Shown here in pieces: positions 61,608 to 64,000 of a stretch of DNA of 64,000 nucleotides. Each line of letters opens with the position of its first letter. Positions within the stretch are counted from its first letter, which is position 1. Made by a program: the position numbers and the translations under genes. This stretch comes from Calditrichia bacterium (GTDB taxonomy: Bacteria; Calditrichota; Calditrichia; JAJRVZ01), in assembly GCA_963796965.1 (NCBI GenBank), contig CAWCNS010000016.1, forward strand, positions 206,769 to 270,768, written 5' to 3'. The notes below the pieces were generated by a model. The model did no database searches and was not told the origin of the DNA. It was given only the letters and a program-made list of their open reading frames with translations.

Positions 61608-64000
61608 ATGAATGAATATGATATCCAATCTGACCATCCCAGAATCAAATTATATTTTAAAGAATTGCAGAAAACAAAAACCAACAAGACTTATAGTACA
61701 ACAAGATATAAGTTGTTTGCCCGGTTGATAAAGTATTTTGCCGGACAGGTCGGTTGGGTGTTTTATGAAAGATTTCCGGTACCTGCTGATAAACGGGTTG
61801 TTTCTGTAGACGCTTTACTCCTCGATTCCTTTAACATTATTCAGGGAATCTGCATAGATTTACCTGATATTTATGATAGGAAAATAAAAATTAAGGAAGC
61901 GCTTTCGACAGGAATTCCTACAAATAATATATTGTTTATACAAACAGAATGGCTAATACTCTGGCGCAGAGGGAAAAAAATGATAGAGATGCGCTGTCTC
62001 TCTCCCAAAGATACCGCTTCTGTACTGACCACTTTTTTTCGCTCTCCTTATAAGAACGCTTCTGATCTTGAACCACTCATGGAACGTGCCCATTCAGAAG
62101 GTAACCTGGTCGCCCGGACCTGGGTTGAAACAGTTAAAAAGGAGTCAGAGGAAAACGAACCCTTTAAAAAAGCGCTAAATATTCTTAAACAGAATTTCCA
62201 TAAATCGGATTTTCCGGATCAACCTGCAGATACTATTGGGAATATGCTTGTAAAATATCTGCTGATACGACGATTTTGTGATAAAATTTTTCGCCGGTCG
62301 AGTTATATCACCTCATCTCATTTATCCGCAGAAATTGAAAAAGTTATCTCTCTTGCTCCAACTCTGCGTCTTCCACCTGATCTAGTTAAAGATCTCGAAA
62401 CACAACTCCGCCAGGTATCTGGCCAGCTTAAGACACAGAATGAAAAACTACTTTTATTAGAAACGATTGTCTCAAAATTTTTTCCGCGCATTCAGAAAAG
62501 AATCACCGAAATTTATAGCCGAAACATTAGTCATGAAGTTCTTTCAAATCTATGTACAAAATTTCTTGCGGATGTAATGGAAAAGGAGTTTAATCTGAAA
62601 ATTGGTGATAATGAAATCAATATCCTTGTTCCTTTCTGCCATAATGGTGCTTATATAAGGCAAATTCTACTTGGATTATCAAAAAAACAGGTAGAGGACA
62701 AATATCGAAAAGAACTTTATGGTAATGAGACGGATATTATTTCATATTTTATATCTTTGATAAATATCGAAAACACATATATAGATTTGAAGGGACATTA
62801 TCAGGCATTTAGCGGACTAAATTTAATTAATACTTTTTCCCTTACGGACGAAGAAGATCTGTCACTTTATAATGATGAAAATAGCTTACGACGAGACAAA
62901 TTAAAACATATACCTTTCAACATAATCCTTGGTGAAACCCCTCATGTAAGTCGGAGGGAATCATCTCAAAAAAACAGAGATTCGTCTATACTTGATAAAA
63001 GAGTCTTAATGACATATGGCCGCTCTTCGAAAGCGAGGAACAAAAGTGTTCTATCAGATTCCTATGTAAAGGCGCTGCGGTGGGCGAGTGACGCCATAAT
63101 CAGGAGCAAAGAAGGAATAGTTTGTCTGGTCTGTAAAAACAATTTTATCGGAGATCTGGCTTTTGATGGTCTCAGACAACATCTCAATAGAGATTTTGAT
63201 GCCGTGTTCGTACTTGAATTGGGAAGTGATGAAAATAATCAATCCATAAATCATTTTGATACCAATAAGGCATTATTGATTCTGATTAAAAGGAAAAATT
63301 TTTCCAAAAGCGGCATATATTACCACCGTACAGGATGGGGGGATCTTCTGAGCAAATCCTGTAACGGGAATATTAATTTTTATACATGTTTTCCCTGGCG
63401 GAAGATTCAACCAGATAAACATAATACCTGGATGACGGAGGGATTACAAAAAGATTTTGAAACCCACCTTCCCTTAGGTACAAAAATATCCAAGACGGGG
63501 AGAGGTAATGCTATTTTTCGTAATTATGGCCGGGGATTAGCCACATCACGGGACGCCTGGGTCTATAATTTTAACCGTGAAAACCTGGTGAGTAATATCC
63601 AGGATCTAATTCGAATTTACAACAAACATGTCCAAACGTGGGCAGAAATGCCTTCAAAACCACAATTAGAAGCATATTTAACAGATTCAAATGCAGATAT
63701 CCCGTGGTCCGAAACTTTAAAAAGTTATTTGAAACGCCATGTACGATTACGATTTCGGGCAACGGCAATGCGTGAGGCAATTTACAGGCCCTTTGTTAAA
63801 AAACATGTCTATTTTGATCAGTATCTCGTTGAGCGTTGGTATCAGCTACCCCATATGCTTCCAACTGAAAGAAATGAACGTGAAAACCGGTTGATCTGTG
63901 TTTCATCTCCTGGCTCAAAGCATTTCTCCTGTCTTATGACCAATAGAATCCCTGATTTAAATTTATTTGCAGGAGCATCTCCGATTCAATGTTTCCCCAT
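61608..64000 (+). CDS. Type ISP/IIG-like restriction-modification protein with degenerate catalytic motifs (3' partial; absent from ORF track)
   Basis: Hand translation gives 797 codons with no stop to the window edge; YVKALRWASD, AFDGLR, GLATSRDAWVYNF, YRPFVKKHVYFD and QCFP match the LlaBIII-type MTase/TRD region. Confidence 0.8.
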   Translation, partial: MNEYDIQSDHPRIKLYFKELQKTKTNKTYSTTRYKLFARLIKYFAGQVGWVFYERFPVPADKRVVSVDALLLDSFNIIQGICIDLPDIYDRKIKIKEALSTGIPTNNILFIQTEWLILWRRGKKMIEMRCLSPKDTASVLTTFFRSPYKNASDLEPLMERAHSEGNLVARTWVETVKKESEENEPFKKALNILKQNFHKSDFPDQPADTIGNMLVKYLLIRRFCDKIFRRSSYITSSHLSAEIEKVISLAPTLRLPPDLVKDLETQLRQVSGQLKTQNEKLLLLETIVSKFFPRIQKRITEIYSRNISHEVLSNLCTKFLADVMEKEFNLKIGDNEINILVPFCHNGAYIRQILLGLSKKQVEDKYRKELYGNETDIISYFISLINIENTYIDLKGHYQAFSGLNLINTFSLTDEEDLSLYNDENSLRRDKLKHIPFNIILGETPHVSRRESSQKNRDSSILDKRVLMTYGRSSKARNKSVLSDSYVKALRWASDAIIRSKEGIVCLVCKNNFIGDLAFDGLRQHLNRDFDAVFVLELGSDENNQSINHFDTNKALLILIKRKNFSKSGIYYHRTGWGDLLSKSCNGNINFYTCFPWRKIQPDKHNTWMTEGLQKDFETHLPLGTKISKTGRGNAIFRNYGRGLATSRDAWVYNFNRENLVSNIQDLIRIYNKHVQTWAEMPSKPQLEAYLTDSNADIPWSETLKSYLKRHVRLRFRATAMREAIYRPFVKKHVYFDQYLVERWYQLPHMLPTERNERENRLICVSSPGSKHFSCLMTNRIPDLNLFAGASPIQCFP

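Overview
Chromosomal backbone of an AT-rich diderm bacterium. The content (T9SS-like 'NYPNPFN' C-terminal domains, a GWxTD protein, BshA, Rny, NfnAB, three-gene Pnt, TamA/B) suggests an FCB-related lineage such as Calditrichota; this is inference. About 50 CDS: the end of a surface-polysaccharide cluster, comF, an orphan sigma-28 region, cell-wall, thiol and redox housekeeping genes, two large secreted enzymes, and a Type ISP-like R-M protein running off the right edge. No rRNA, tRNA, CRISPR array or transposase was seen. Several conserved genes carry small frameshifts that look like long-read errors. Best leads: (1) a complete ~66-nt sigma-54-dependent sRNA with anti-SD motifs at 17775-17866; (2) a flagellum-free sigma-54 -> FliA (sigma-28) -> mini-FlgM module with two near-consensus sigma-28 promoters, one driving an unknown beta-barrel protein upstream of comF, plus a hybrid kinase with degenerate ATP-binding boxes; (3) GxxExxY and four-helix-bundle genes enclosed by periodic inverted repeats, with many 'empty' copies of such arms; (4) an uninterrupted Type ISP-like ORF whose methyltransferase and nuclease motifs are all substituted.
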